The notes below the pieces were generated by a model, which did not search any database, was not told where the DNA came from, and saw nothing but the letters and a program-made list of their open reading frames with translations. Both the position numbers and the translations under genes were made by a program. Source: Negaprion brevirostris (lineage: Eukaryota). Taken from it: a stretch of 64,000 bases of DNA. The stretch is from positions 91,759,905 through 91,823,904 of the forward strand of contig JARDVH010000132.1 of assembly GCA_030324005.1 (NCBI GenBank), read 5' to 3'. This document shows, in pieces, positions 25,800-39,056 of the stretch; the stretch's first letter is position 1, and the number at the start of each line of letters is the position of its first letter.

Positions 25800-26757
25800 C
25801 TAAAGGTAAGTTAAGGTAATAAAGAAATTAGATAGAATGACAGTCCTGATAAAGAAAGGCTATCCCCAGGTAAAGCCACTTCATAAAATTACAGTGCCAT
25901 TATCCTGTTACTATAAATCTTCACAAACTACTGTTAGTATTGAGCCGCGGGACACTTATGTGATTCATTTGTGTTCCATAAGGAATTTTGTTGCAGTCAT
26001 AATTTTTTGTGAATTGTCTTTCTTCTCTACAGTTTGAAACTCACAAGTTTCTGCACTGATTTAATTTCATCCAGTTATGTTTGCATCAGAGATAAGAATC
26101 TTAAAGGACATTCTCAGGTGGCAAAATATCTTTTCTGCATTAGCTAACTGTTCACAAATTCATAGTGAAGATCAAAAGAGAAAAAATCAGACCTGAAAGA
26201 ATACAGGAAAAATGTGAAATACATGTCCAACCAGTCAGTACCTGAAGATTAATCCTTCAGTCTGACTTGTCACCTGTTCTGGAGCTGTCAACAAGTACCA
26301 AAAGATGCAGTTTCTACCTGTAAGGCACAGCCTGACAGCTGGTGACAAAATGACAGTTTCTTCAAAAATACAGGTTAAAATCAGTAAGCCAATTTGGCAG
26401 GTACAAGTGAGAAATCTGCTTTATCTGATAGAGCAATCTGATCAGGGATGATGTATAGTAAGATGTTTAAATAATAATTGATCTACAACTGGGTGTACAA
26501 TTAAGCTTCATAATTATCTTACAACTCTACGGTGCAGCTGAAACCCCTCTCTGAATGCCCTTTGGCTAATCACTCACTTTCTTCTGGCTGTTTTCTGTCT
26601 TCATCCTGATGTATTTCCTTCCTGCGTGCTTCCTTATTCTGCTCTATCCCATTCTCATTCTTACCCATCAGTTNNNNNNNNNNNNNNNNNNNNNNNNNNN
26701 NNNNNNNNNNNNNNNNNNNNNNNNTCAGTGAAGGTAGGTCCTGTAATAACAGACTGT

Positions 26758-27525
26758 GATAGAAACATAGAACACATGAGTAGCCCGTTCGGTCCCTTGA
26801 GCCTGCTCCACCATTCAACGTGATAACGGCTGATCCTCTATCTCAATGTCCTCCAAGGTGCTCCCCATATTCCTTTACACTTGAGCCTAAAAATCTATAT
26901 ATTTCCTTAAATATATTCAGTGATTTGACCTCCACAACCCCATGTAGTAGAGAATTCCATAGATTTGCCACTCTCTGAGTGAAGAAATTTCTTCTCATCT
27001 TAGTCCTAAATGGCTTACCCTGAATCTTGACACTGTGACCCCTTGTTCTAGACAGCCCAGCCAGAGGAAATAACACCCCCACATCCAGTCTATCAGCCCT
27101 GTCAGAATTTTATACATTTCAATTAGATCCCCTCTCATTTTTCTAAATTTTAGTTGAATACAAAACCAATCAACCCAATCTCTTCTCAAATGACAATCCT
27201 GCCATTCCAGGAATCAGTCTGGTGAACTTTCCCTGCACTACCTCTATGACAAATATACATTTTCATAGACAAGGGGACCAAAACTGCATATAATTCTCCA
27301 GGTGTGATCTCACCAAAGCCCTGTACAGCTGCAGTTAGACATTCTTGCTCCTGTACTTGGGTCTTCTAACAATGAAGAACAATATACCATTTGCCTTCTT
27401 AACTACTTATTGCACCTGCATGCTTGCTTTCAATGACTGGTGTACTAGGACACCCAGGTCCCTTTGTACATCAATATTTCCTAATCAATCACCATTTTAA
27501 TAATACTGTCATTCATTTTTTCCTT
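26758..27525 (-). mobile_element. CR1 3' portion
   Basis: LFPLAGLSRTRGHSVKIQGKPFRTKMRRNFFTQRVANLWNSL. Confidence 0.92.
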
Positions 27526-27946
27526 TCAACTGCCTTTCAAGAGGCCACAGTACCAAACATTATTAACTCATCAGAAGTCTAAAACTTTACATCATGTATG
27601 ACAACAGGAACTTTAAAAATAACATTAAAAATGATCAATAATATTATTTCTAAAATAAATGACCGAAAATTAGTATTAAAAAAATCAATGGCTGAGCAGA
27701 ACATAAGAAATAAGAAAGAATAGTCCGTATAATCCCTTATGCTAAACTTATTTATCAAATCCATTTCTTCACCCTAACCTCAAAATCCCTCAGTTCCCTT
27801 AGTGCCCAGAAAACTATTGATCTCAGTCTTGAAAGCACTCTATACTGAACATCAACAGCCCTTCCCATTAGAGAATTCCAAAGATTCAAAACTCTTTGAA
27901 TGGAGTCAGCGCTCCTCATCTCAGTTCGAAATGCCTGGTTCTTTAA

Positions 27947-30420
27947 CTGAAATTTACATTCAGGAGTCAGGCGTGTGATCAATCTGGCTGAACGTCAAAT
28001 TTCATCAAATGGCATCCAGTGCATTTCCTGACATCGTGCACACATGCGTTATTGAGGTAAGCAGGCTTACGCATGAATCAGATCCACTCATCAACAATTA
28101 AACGGCCAACTAAGGCCACTAACAATTCAATAGACTGTAGTTTCACACTGTTTGTGTCATTTTCTGCTTGTCGCGTGGGTAAAACAGGTGGGTGCTCATC
28201 ACGTTTTTGCATTTTCTCATCCAAGGACAGGGTAAAAGCCCCTGGCGCAGCAGCACTTTTTCTGTCATTGCAAGTTTGTCGCTGTGTGGGTACAGGGGTT
28301 TTCTTGAGCTTCCTTGTAATTCTTAAACCTCTTGTGCCTGCCTTTCAGCATTTCAAGGCTTCCCTGGAAGCTTTCCCTGAGGATTGGAGCACAGTGGCTC
28401 TTCATTTGCAAGGCACCAGTGCTCTGCATCTGATCGAATCGGGATGATGGACTCTGCTGGTGGGACCTCTTCTGATGAGGAAGAGAGGGAAGGAGAGATA
28501 AGAGGCCAGGTGAGCAGAGAGAGCCTCTCAAGGCAAGACCATTAAAATGCATGTGTTCAGTTGGTGCAGAGCCAACAAGGAGGCAAAGACAAGAGAAACA
28601 AAGGAAGTAGTAGGCCTTTCAGCCCTTTGAGTCTGCTCCACCATTCAATATGATCATGGCCAATCCTGTCTCAAAGCCACACTCCTGCACTCTCCCCATT
28701 ACCCTTGATATCTTTAGAGTCTAGAAATCTATCCAATTTCTTTCTTAAATATATTCAGTGATTTGGTCTCCACAGCTTTCTGTGGTAGGGAATTTCACAG
28801 GTTCACCACCCCCTGAGTGAAGATGTTTCTTCTCTTGTCAGCCCTGAATGGCCAACCCCGTGTCCTTGTTCTAGACCCTCCAGCTAGAGGAAACAACATC
28901 CCCGCATTCAGTCTGTCCAGCCATGTCAGAATTTTATTTATTTCAATTAGATCCCCTTTCATTTTTCTAAATCCCAGCGAACACAGGCCCTCTCGACCCA
29001 GTCTCTTTACATACGATGCCGAAGATGCCCCTAGCTAGCATCTAGCGTGTACAATCAACTACCTCCGAATGTTTGATGTGCAGTGCTGCAGGAGGCTACA
29101 TCTCACCAGGGGCACAGTGACAGCAACATACAACATAATAGGCTCAGAAATTGCTTCTAACTGTACCAGAGGTGATCCCATGCCGATGGCCCTCAACCTC
29201 TACACCTCCAGTGCTTTTCAGGGCTCACTGGGCAGTCTGTACGGCATCTTTCAATCAGCCGCACACACTCAAGTGAATGGGGGGGTTGGGGGGAGATGTG
29301 TGGAGTCAAGGTGTGGAGTGATACTGAGAAGTGACTGTGAACATACCAATCAGAGTATGGTGGCTCTGAATTTGCTTAGTTTTCAGAGAGCAGCAGGCAA
29401 CTCAACCAGAGAGCAGAGCTGAGAATGAGAGGGCTCCTCCAGAGCACAGCTCCCTCATTATTGCTGCATGCAGCTCCCTGCATAACCATGCAGGTACTGG
29501 AGCGATATCCTCCTGACTGCCCAAAGGGGTGTCCTTGGGGTCTCCTGCAGCACCTGTGATTGTAGATCTGTGGAAGGAAGACAAAATAATAAATTTAATC
29601 ATCATTGTCAAGGCTGAACCCAGTGAGCAAAGCGAGTCAGCTCCACATGCCAGGGAGGATGACTCCAGTAAAGGGTCAGAGGACGAGCCTGGGAACACAC
29701 AGGGTGAGGACATTGAGGCAGATGACAGCAACATTCAAGGGAGCAAGGATGCAAGGGATGCTTGGATCCAGCGAATGTTCAGCTAGGCATTCAAGACATC
29801 AATCTAATTGCACTGCCTCTTTTGCAAAAAAATCGTTCCACGAGAGCCCAACCCAGAGCTCCAGAACCACACAACACCCTGCAGTTACAAGTCTCTGCAG
29901 NNNNNNNNNNNNNNNNNNNNNNNNNNNNNNNNNNNNNNNNNNNNNNNNNNNNNNNATTTATCTTACTTCACATTAACACAAAAAGAGCATATAAATATGT
30001 CAATCCTATCAGAAGCTTCAAAGTAATAAACATAAATAATGTCATCTGTGACACGTCCTTGTTATGTTCAAGATGCTTTAAACATACCCCTGTGGGCACT
30101 GTGTCTTGCTGCCACTCCCTCGCTGGCTGTGGCATAGGAGGCAGCTGCTGACTCTGCTGTCCAGATGGCTGTGATGACCTTCATGTCATCCTCTGGCCAC
30201 CAGAGCCTGATTGGCTCAGAGTGGGAGGGAGCATCCAGCCCCATGGCTGGGCACTCCTCAGTCCATGTGGCATCATCAGATACAGTAGCCACTGGCAGAC
30301 AGGCAGAGATGCTGCTGCCTTCATCTGGAGCACCCTGAGAGGACCCACAAAGATGACAGACAGTTTGTCCCCCAGTGTGAGGTGCATCTGCACCTTCCTG
30401 CTCACCACTGAAACATGAGC
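27947..30420 (+). mobile_element. Rearranged Harbinger transposon with HARBI1-like pseudogene
   Basis: NYLRMFDVQCCRRLHLTRGTV..ALNLYTSSAFQGSLGSLYGIFQSAAH (29055-29270); C-terminus GSKDARDAWIQRMFS* (to 29786); catalytic core missing. Confidence 0.8.
28590..29012 (-). mobile_element. CR1 3' fragment nested in the HARBI1 ORF
   Basis: Closely similar to 26758-27190 (ctgctccaccattcaa..tgatc). Confidence 0.88.
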
Positions 30421-32199
30421 ACTGAGCAGAGAGATTAGGTGCTTCATCCGTCTCCCCAGCCAGTGAAACAGTCTCTTAGCATCTATCTTTTCAAACCTTC
30501 TAACAAGCTTTATACATTTCAATGAGAATTACCTCTTATTCTTTTAAACTTCAGGGAATATAAGCCCATCTACTCGATATCTCTTCATTGGAAAACCCTA
30601 GCATCCCAGTAATCAGTTAAGTGAGCCTCTGTTGCACCCAACTCAAGACACACAAATCCTTCCTTAAGTAGACACCAAAACCGTATTACTGCAGTTGTGG
30701 TCTCCCTGAAGCCCTGTATCATCACAGATTGACCTTATCCTTATGCTCCACTGCCCTTGTAATAAAGGCTAACTTACAATTTGCCTTTCCCATTGCTTGC
30801 TCTACATGCATATTAACTTATTGTGATTATGTACAAAGACCCCAAATCATTCAGTTTCCAGACACTTAGAAGTCCCTCAGCTTTCAAAAAGTACTCCGCT
30901 TTTCCACTCTTCCTACCAAGATGATAACTTCATATTTCCTCACATTATGTTTCATCTGCTGACCGCCTTGCCCCCTCATGTAACTTGCCTATATCCCTTT
31001 GCACACGTTTTGCATCAACCTTATCTATTTTCTTTCTGCCTCCTTTCTTGAATAATGGTGTGACATTGACTACATTCCAATCCATGGGGGACAATCTATA
31101 ATCCATGGAGTTTTGGAAGCTGAAAAACCAATACATTCTCCATCAGTATAGCCTCCTCTTTTCAAATTCTTGATTGTGGACCATCAAGTCCAGAGAATTT
31201 GTTGTTTTATCATTAACATACTGTTCTAGCAAACTGTCTGAAATGCATTCCATGAGGTCATCTTCCATGCTATATTTGACAATATAGTTTTCCTAGTCTA
31301 TATGAATATTTATGTTCACTGTAGTTTTTTGCATGCTTCTTTAACTTCTTTTACTCTGTTCAACACTTTAATTATCATTAAGAGCCACACAATCTTATCC
31401 AGCAGTGTTTTTTGCCCTTTCTTATTTCTTTCATCTATTTATTCTCTTCTACATTCTAATTGTTGGGCTAAGGTCATTTCCCTCTTGTCTTTTACTTCAT
31501 CTTCTATTATCTAGACTACCCCACCTTGTTCGCCATTTTGTTTATCTTTCAGAAAAGTCAGATACCCTGGAGTACTTAATTGTCAATCTTGGTCACCTTG
31601 CAACCATGTCTCAGTAATGGTTATTACATGAAGTACATTCACTTTGCTTTGTGCCAATAATTCACCTATCTTGTTCCAGGTACTTCATGCATTTAAATAA
31701 AGAGTCTTTAATTTTAACTTTGTTACTATTTTTCCACAATATGGTTTAAGTCACAATTGCCCTATTATGTTTGGTGAACTCTGTCTTCGTTTTGTTCTAC
31801 AGCCTAGATGTCTCCCTTTAGAATTCAAAGCCTACATTGAGCCTGCAGCAAAATGGTGCCAGACTGTTTCACGCTTCTTGATGTTGAAGGCAGGCTTCCT
31901 CCAATGCACCAAGCAGTCTATATCCTGAAGATGTGCTTTATATCAAATTATGGATTTTAATCCACTGGCTGGAGACCTAATTGAGCTCTTAAAAACAGTT
32001 TTTATAAAGAATAAAATACAGCAGCTAAAGTGACTTGAACTCATAGTGCAAAATGGCTACCCCAATTTGCATCACCATACATTCCACTGCCTTCTGTCAA
32101 TTTGCAATCTGCCTGCAATACCCTTGGAAGACAATAACATCAGGGAAGTATGATCACAGATCCTGTCTCATTAGTAAAGTATTCAACTATTGGAATCAG

Positions 32200-32712
32200 A
32201 CAATTAAGATCATTGGTAACTTGGACAATGGGACTCTGGCTAAGATAGATATCCAGATATAAGCTGATCAATTATCTTTGGAATACATGGACAATGATCT
32301 TAATGGGGTCGGCCTAGAAGGTGGAGAAGAAAAGTCACCTTGACCAACCAACCCTATGTATGTTGTAAGCATATGTTTTCACAGCAGAGCTTAGAACAAG
32401 TAGCTGAGAAGCTGAGAGAGAGGGCCCAAGTGGGGTCCCTCTTGCGTCCTCTCTCTCCAACCCAGGGTTTGGCAGGGTTTGAGCTTTCTTTTCTGATTGT
32501 GACTATCCAGGGATATCCTTGGTGCAGACAGAGATTTCTGAAAATAATTTCAACTCAGCACTACCATCTCCAGATGAACAGTCAACTCAGTCATTTTCAT
32601 CTTTAAAATGGATACATCAAGACCACCAACTTCAGCCTAAAGTCAGCCACATCACTAAATTATGGTCTGTGTACTCTAATCTGGTCAACAAATCCCTCCC
32701 CATTCTATAATC

Positions 32713-32779
<67 letters not shown>

Positions 32780-32879
32780 NNNNNNNNNNNNNNNNNNNNN
32801 NNNNNNNNNNNNNNNNNNNNNNNNNNNNNNNNNNNNNNNNNNNNNNNNNNNNNNNNNNNNNNNNNNNNNNNNNNNNNNN

Positions 32880-32952
<73 letters not shown>

Positions 32953-33215
32953 TAACTTTGAGTGTGCGTGTGTGTGAAAGTTGGTGCATATTTTGTTATT
33001 TCACTTAGATTTGTTTAAGCATGATAGAGCAAAACCTATTTGTTAAACTCAATAAAAGTTGTCCAATTTGGAATTTTGTTATGATTACGGTGCGTAAATA
33101 GTTAAATACTCATTGAATTGGCAATTATATCCATTTCAAACAAAAATGCGGTTGTGGTCAAATGAACAGAGTACAAAATGAGAAGTTGGCTGACCCTTCA
33201 TCACTGATCATAACA
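32200..33215 (+). mobile_element. Possible LTR remnant
   Basis: AATAAA near 33050, ends gacccttcatcactgatcataaca (..CA); 5' boundary not determined. Confidence 0.3.
32717..32950. repeat. (TG)n microsatellite spanning an N gap
   Basis: Directly visible. Confidence 0.98.
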
Positions 33216-33659
33216 GTGCCCACCAAAATTATTCTGTCACCTACCTCATTGATCCATGTGCGATCTCACCCTCTGAAAACCGGGCACGCCAACTATCTTT
33301 GTCCTCTATCTAGTTACAGGTCAATAATGCATGACTTTTTCCCATTTGCAGATCCCACCTCTGTGCTAGCTTTCAAATCACACACAGTGTCAATATCTGA
33401 GTTGGTGACTGTGAATGTGAAATCAAGCATGACGGTCTGTCTTCATAATTAGTATCTTCTTGCATTTCCACCTATTACTTTTCCATTTCTGCCCGGCCAG
33501 GTGTGTACATTTGGGTTTCTGAGAGAAGAATGGGACATTGGCAGGAAGTTAGCAATGTGGTCTGCATTTCAATTAACAGTGGGAGTTAATCACACAGTGT
33601 GATCCCCATGACTGGTTCTCAGGGCTTTCAAATTTAATTCACATTGTATTTGATTTTGG

Positions 33660-33975
33660 AGAGGTCTTGTGGTACAATGGATAGTGTCACTACCTCTGAA
33701 TCTGAAGCTCCAGACTCAAGTCCCACTCCCAGGATCTGATGGCTGTGGAAGATACATTCCTAATGTGGCTGCATTATAATCCTTTCAATATTGCCTATGA
33801 CAGGCAGTACAGTAAAAATGGGAGAGGCTCATAGTCAGCTAGCTTGATGCAGAGCAGCATCCTACAAGATATAAGCCTCTGGCAACTGACTAGAAACCTG
33901 TTCCAAGAAAAACAAACTACAGAAATAGACATAAGCACGTGCTTTGTCTGTCTCACGTGTCTTTAGGTGTTGGAA
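33660..33975 (+). mobile_element. tRNA-derived SINE, family of 20940-21240
   Basis: gaggtcttgtggtacaatggatagtgtc...ctcaagtccc. Confidence 0.6.
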
Positions 33976-34228
33976 GAGAACTGTTTCAGGGAGAAAATTC
34001 TATTACTTAAATGGTTTGCACTCCAAGTGGACTGACACAACAATAAAATAAGAATTTGGAAACAGCCATTTTATGAGTTACTAGCAACTAGATCTAATTT
34101 CCTCTATTATCTTTAGCAATAAATTATTAATTCATTACAGGCCCCTGTCCTCCTTATATAATGTGAATGTTCACCTATTCAAAATAGAAAATAGTGCACA
34201 GAGAAAATTGACAATTTATACAAGGACA

Positions 34229-35470
34229 GTGATTTGTATCTATATAGTGCCTTAAAATACCCCACCGTGCTGCATATGAGTATCAAACAAAATTTGATGC
34301 TGAGCCATACAAGGAGGTTTTAGATTAAATGACCAAAAGCTTGATCAACTTGGTAAGGTTTATATGGCCAACCTCAAGGGGGAGAAAAGGGGAGTGAGGT
34401 ACTGAGGTTTAGGAAAGGAGTTCCACAACTTAGGATCTCGGTAACTGAAGGCATACAATGATTTAGCTATTAAAATTGGGGATGCTCAAGAGGCCAGAAC
34501 TGGAGAAGTGCCGAAACTCAAAGGGATTTGGAGGAGATTATAGAGATAGGGAGGGATAAAACCAGGGAGCGATTTGAAAGCAAGGATGAGAGTGTTCAAA
34601 TTAAGACATTGTTTCACTGGAAGCCAATGTAAGTTAGTGAATACATAGAGTGAAGTTGTAATGAGAATTAGTGTGAATAAGAAAGAGTTTTGGATGATCT
34701 AAGGTTTACTGAAAATCAAACATAGAAGGCAGAACAGGAATGTTAGAATAATCAAGTCTAAACGCACAGACAATGAGCTTTGGCAGGTGTGCAACCAAGT
34801 GATACTATGGTGTTGGAAATAAGCAGTCTTGTGATAGTGCGGATATGTCATAGAAGGCTCATCTCGGGGTCAAATATGACACTGACGTTGTGAACAGCCT
34901 GGATCAGTTTCAGCCAGTCGGCAAGCAGAGGAATAGAATCAGTGACTAGAGAACAGACTTTGTTGATTGTGTCAAAGTTAATAGCTTTAGCCTTCCCAAT
35001 ATTTAATTGGAAGAAATTCCTACCCATCCAAGGAGGCGCACAAACACTTTAGAGATATTCCAGAGAGGCGTTGGTGAGTTTGAACTGTTGTTGCAGCTGA
35101 CATGCAAAAACTGATATTGCATTTTTAAAAGATGTTACAGATGGTTGGAGGCCAAGGGCAGACACTCAGGGGNNNNNNNNNNAATAATCATGCAGGAGAA
35201 AGAAATGAAGCCAACAGGAGGGTGATTCTTTAGCTACGATTAAGTCAATAAGAATGGAAGCAGGTGAGTGCAGCCCCATCCAGCTGAATGACCGGTGAAG
35301 AGGCAGTGCGAGTAGATGTCAAATGCTACAAACAGGTCAAGAAAGTCAAGGATTGTTGGTTGGCCATTGTCCCAGACACTTAGACTATTAATCCTAACAT
35401 TGATGAGCCTTTTTGGTACTTTGAAAGGGGGAAAACTTGATCTGAAGAATTCAAACACAGAGTTGCAGTG
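34229..35470 (-). mobile_element. L2-type LINE (RT and 3' end), decayed
   Basis: ILDFLDLFVAFDI (cf. LLDLSAAFDT); gtcatatttgacccc (VIFDP); L2 tail. Confidence 0.8.
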
Positions 35471-35559
35471 AATGGCCAACCTATCTTTGATGTAAATAAA
35501 CAAAGTCACGTTCAGTCATAAAGCCTGAAGTACTCAAATCGTGAAATTTTTAAATTGTG

Positions 35560-35805
35560 TGTAATGACTCAAGGTGACCCAATGTGGCAAATAACCAACT
35601 AAAGAATTTATTAATAAAAACTATATACAATGAAGGGTTAACAGCACACTCTTAACAATGTCCACCCTCCATCAGTGGCCTCCAAGCCTTGGAAAGCTTG
35701 CCTTTACTCCCAATTGGCCCAGTTTCTCATGCTTGCACTCTATTGGCTCTGGCCCAGTCATGTGGCCTGTGAAGGATTGCCCCTTAAAGGTACCACTCTA
35801 CCACA
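35560..35805 (-). mobile_element. Probable solo LTR (Gypsy-like, 246 bp)
   Basis: Minus strand TGTGGTAG...CATTACA, with CCAAT and AATAAA near the 3' end; no clear TSD. Confidence 0.45.
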
Positions 35806-36884
35806 GCTTTTATAAGAAATTACAAACCACAAACTATTAGGTAGTAAGCGATAAAGGATCATTCAAAAATTCCTTAAAATCTAATATAACAGAGTACAGG
35901 AAGATATATTAACATTTGCAAATTTGTAGATCCTCGAGCCATACAGCATAACAACAGCAGGCTAACAAATATTCCACCAAAAAAACCAGAAAATAAGCAA
36001 CATCAACTCTGCAAGCCAAAGGTATGAACTGTTTTGACAAGATGAGGGTAAACTAAGGGAATGAGGGAAATGGCGATAAAGGGATATAGAGACAGTTTGG
36101 CAAATGTGTTCAGTATTATATTGTCATGTGGTGTTAAATGTTGATTCAGACTTGTTTCTCGGTGCTGTTGCTTCTGTTGTTAAGCTGGCAAGAAGAAGGA
36201 ACTGAAATGAAACTAAATTGCCGAAAGGACTGTAAAGAATGATCAAGAGGGGAATCACATGCAAGGTCAGACAAGGAACCAACAGTCAGAAAATTGGAAA
36301 CAAAAAAAGGTAAGAAACTGTGGCAATAATGGATCTCACATAAACACTATTCAATGCATTTTTTATCCATGGTGTAATCATGGGACAGGTCTGAACAGCA
36401 AAAACTATGCTCATTCTACATACTTTTCCCTTACTGTTCCCTTGGGACTTTTATTTGCTCTGTTTGTTAGATCATCTGTGTGTTAAAGTAACTTTATTGG
36501 TTAACAATTACTGTCACCCATGTTCCTAAAACTGCATCTGAAGTAAATACAATTTGTGCAGATTAATTCACTAAAATTGTGTTAACTTATATTTACGAGT
36601 TATTTGGAAATTTATAAATTTATTTTGGATTTATGTGATTTTCATACTGAACCAGTTGCCCACAATGCAAGCCGGTAGAAAAATATCAAAGGAAGCCAGC
36701 ATGATCAGAACAGGAGATAGTCTACAAAAGTATTAAAATAAGAGGATTTAGGAGCAGTTGAAGAAGAGGCTTCAATATTCCTATTCAACAGGTTTAATGT
36801 AGTCACAGCCTATGAGAACAAGGAGAAAGACTTTTGGAGGACAGTCACAATGCAGACTAAGGCAATGCTTAGAAAGCTGTTTAA

Positions 36885-37190
36885 TGGTGGCATGGCGGCA
36901 GGTTCGTCCTGCTGCCTCACAGCGCAAGGGACCTGGTTCAGTTCTGCCCTTGGATGATTGTGTGGAATTTGCACATTCTCCCCATGCCAGCATGGATTTT
37001 CTCCAGCTGCTCCAGTTTTCTCCCATAGTCCAAACATGTGCAGAGTAGGTTATTGGTTAACCTAAATTGCCCCTTAGTGTCCCAAAATGTGTAGGTGAGG
37101 GGGACCAGTGGGATAAATATGTGGGAGAGGGTCTGGGTAAGATGCTGTATTGGAGAGTCAGTGCAGATCCGATGGGCTGAATTTGTCTCT
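36885..37190 (+). mobile_element. HE1-type V-SINE with CR1-like tail
   Basis: ctgctgcctcacagcgcaagggacc, ttgcacattctcccc, taaattgccccttagtgtc, gatgggctgaat. Confidence 0.85.
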
Positions 37191-37204
37191 TNNNNNNNNN
37201 NTTC

Positions 37205-37880
37205 TAAAGTGGTGAAGGGGGAAGGGGGTGATCAGCAAAGAAATGTGGTAGTAATAATGGGATTCTACAATTAGAGAGATAAGATAGCATCCTCCACAGC
37301 CATCAGCCGGAATCTCTTCAGGCATGCTGTCTACCACGTTCCAGGGTAAGGGATATCTCAAGGCAGTTGGCAAGGAATTTGGAAAGGAATGGGATAATCT
37401 GTCATCATTCACTTTGCAAGCAACCTGTCATTTGAAATCTCTGCCCCAGTTCCACACTGCCTCTCTGTTCTCGGCCTTCTACACATTTTAATGAGGCTCC
37501 GTATAAGCTTGAGAAGCAATACTTCATCTTTCAGTTAGACAGTTTGAAATCATGACTGTTTATTGTCTTCGCTGTTTTTCCCATGTATGCCTCCACTAGA
37601 CAATTTGTTTCTTTATTTGCTGATTAATCTCTCCTGCCTTCTGCCCTATCACAGATATTCTTGTTGTTCTTTCCTTCCATGTACCCCCTGCCACACATAC
37701 ACACATGCACGCACACACGCACGCATGCACACATCCACCTGACCTTTGCTGCCACTGTACTTGTTTAAAACCTGCTACACCTCTGATTCTTTTTCTAATT
37801 AATCTGAAATGTCAACTCTGTTTCATTCTCCACAGAAGCTGCTAGATCTTGGGTATTTTCAGGATAGTTTTTTAAAATTT
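37205..37880. mobile_element. Penelope-like composite (inverted 5' piece, GIY-YIG end, terminus)
   Basis: + strand LSVLGLLH..YKLEKQYFIFQLDS; terminus gaaatgtcaactctg..ctccacagaagctgc. Confidence 0.6.
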
Positions 37881-38004
37881 CATATTAACAGCCTTTTTCA
37901 TAATAGAGCATTTTGTTTTGTATGTTAGCAATTCTGTGGCCTAAACATCTCTTTGGTGTTCAATGCAAATGTACAGTCCTGCCTGAGTGCCAGGATAATC
38001 CTTG

Positions 38005-38180
38005 TTATTATTGCTGAAAAGTTTCACATGATGCTGAAACTTGTCCTCTTGCTCTCATCAGGACAAACATGAGAATGCCAAATTTCAAAAGATCACAACA
38101 ATTCATTTTACAAGAGACAAGGGATGCTGATTTGTTGGCAAGTTGACTCTGATTGACCAAGGCATTGCCATGGTAGAAGG
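38005..38180 (-). mobile_element. Penelope-like terminus (different lineage) with an intact CTGATGA
   Basis: Minus strand tttgtcCTGATGAgagcaagaggacaagtttcagca. Confidence 0.5.
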
Positions 38181-38420
38181 AGAAGTTATTGCAGCTATAG
38201 TGACTATACTTTGTGGTTACAATTACTGCAATGGGCTTCTTCAACCTTAAACCTTTTTGAGGAAAAGGCTATAGTGATGGGGTTGACAGCAACTTCCTGG
38301 TGCAAGATTTCTGATTGGGTGTCAGTGCTTTTGCCCTGTAGCAGGCCTATCAGTAACTATGACCTGATAGGGAATCCCCAACCAAAGCTGCTGCCCCTCC
38401 CCTCCCATTTCTAGCAACGG

Positions 38421-38635
38421 TAGTTTACCCATCCACATTCCAAGTACATGCTGTCTGAGAGAGTCAATGGGTTGGATTATTGTGGAAGTCCCAGTCCAGT
38501 CTCCTCTGAAAAGGTCCCTTCCCACTGTAGTTTTATTCCAGGGAGATAGGGAATGGGATTTAGTCAGGCCAATTGCATCCACAGGGAAGCCTGGGGAGGC
38601 AACAGAGGTGGACACATGGCCAGGATGGCAAGCTA
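38421..38635. mobile_element. Small DNA-transposon-like MITE
   Basis: Ends tagtttacccatcc / ggatggcaagcta (imperfect inverted repeat). Confidence 0.35.
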
Positions 38636-38737
38636 GAATGTGTAGAATCATTTGCTAGAGAATTAAAAAATAAACTTCTAACAATCTAGTACAGCTGTCA
38701 TATTTAAAGACACTTCATACTGAAAAAAAACTCTTAC

Positions 38738-38783
38738 CCATAAAACCCATTTAAAAACTTGTAAATCCTCTTAAGTGGTCCAT
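38738..38783 (-). CDS. Candidate coding exon C: xGPLKRIYKFLNGFY(G), phase 1 to 2
   Basis: Acceptor ttgattttataacag, donor TGG|gtaaga; 46 nt; end phase 2 joins exon D in frame (GG+G = Gly). Confidence 0.55.
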
Positions 38784-39056
38784 CTGTTATAAAATCAAGC
38801 ACTTAGCGTCTACAGCATCAAAGAAGATAATCCTTTAACAACCTATTAAAACTGCCAATTAAAATGTAAACGCAGCTCCACATCTGAGATAAGTAGTTCC
38901 TGACTTTTGAAAGTCAGCCAAACATTCACAGCATATCCAACTATCTAAACAAATCCTGGAAAAAATCAGTAATTATGTCAATTGAAACCAATCCCAGATG
39001 GCCTTTTGAAGTTGCGACTTCTGTTTCCTTTTCAAAATGGATCACCTTTCAATCCA

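Larger units (their letters stand above)
27700..31790 (-). mobile_element. CR1, fragmented; split by a Harbinger at about 27947-30420
   Basis: FRTEMR..QRVLNLWNSL (27755-27945); resumes at 30430 (KCIKLVRRFEKIDAKRLF); DWNVVNVTPLFKKGGRKK near 31050. Confidence 0.8.

Noticed and set aside
32705-33008. CV/HT-repeat ORFs
   Set aside because: Translation of the (TG)n microsatellite
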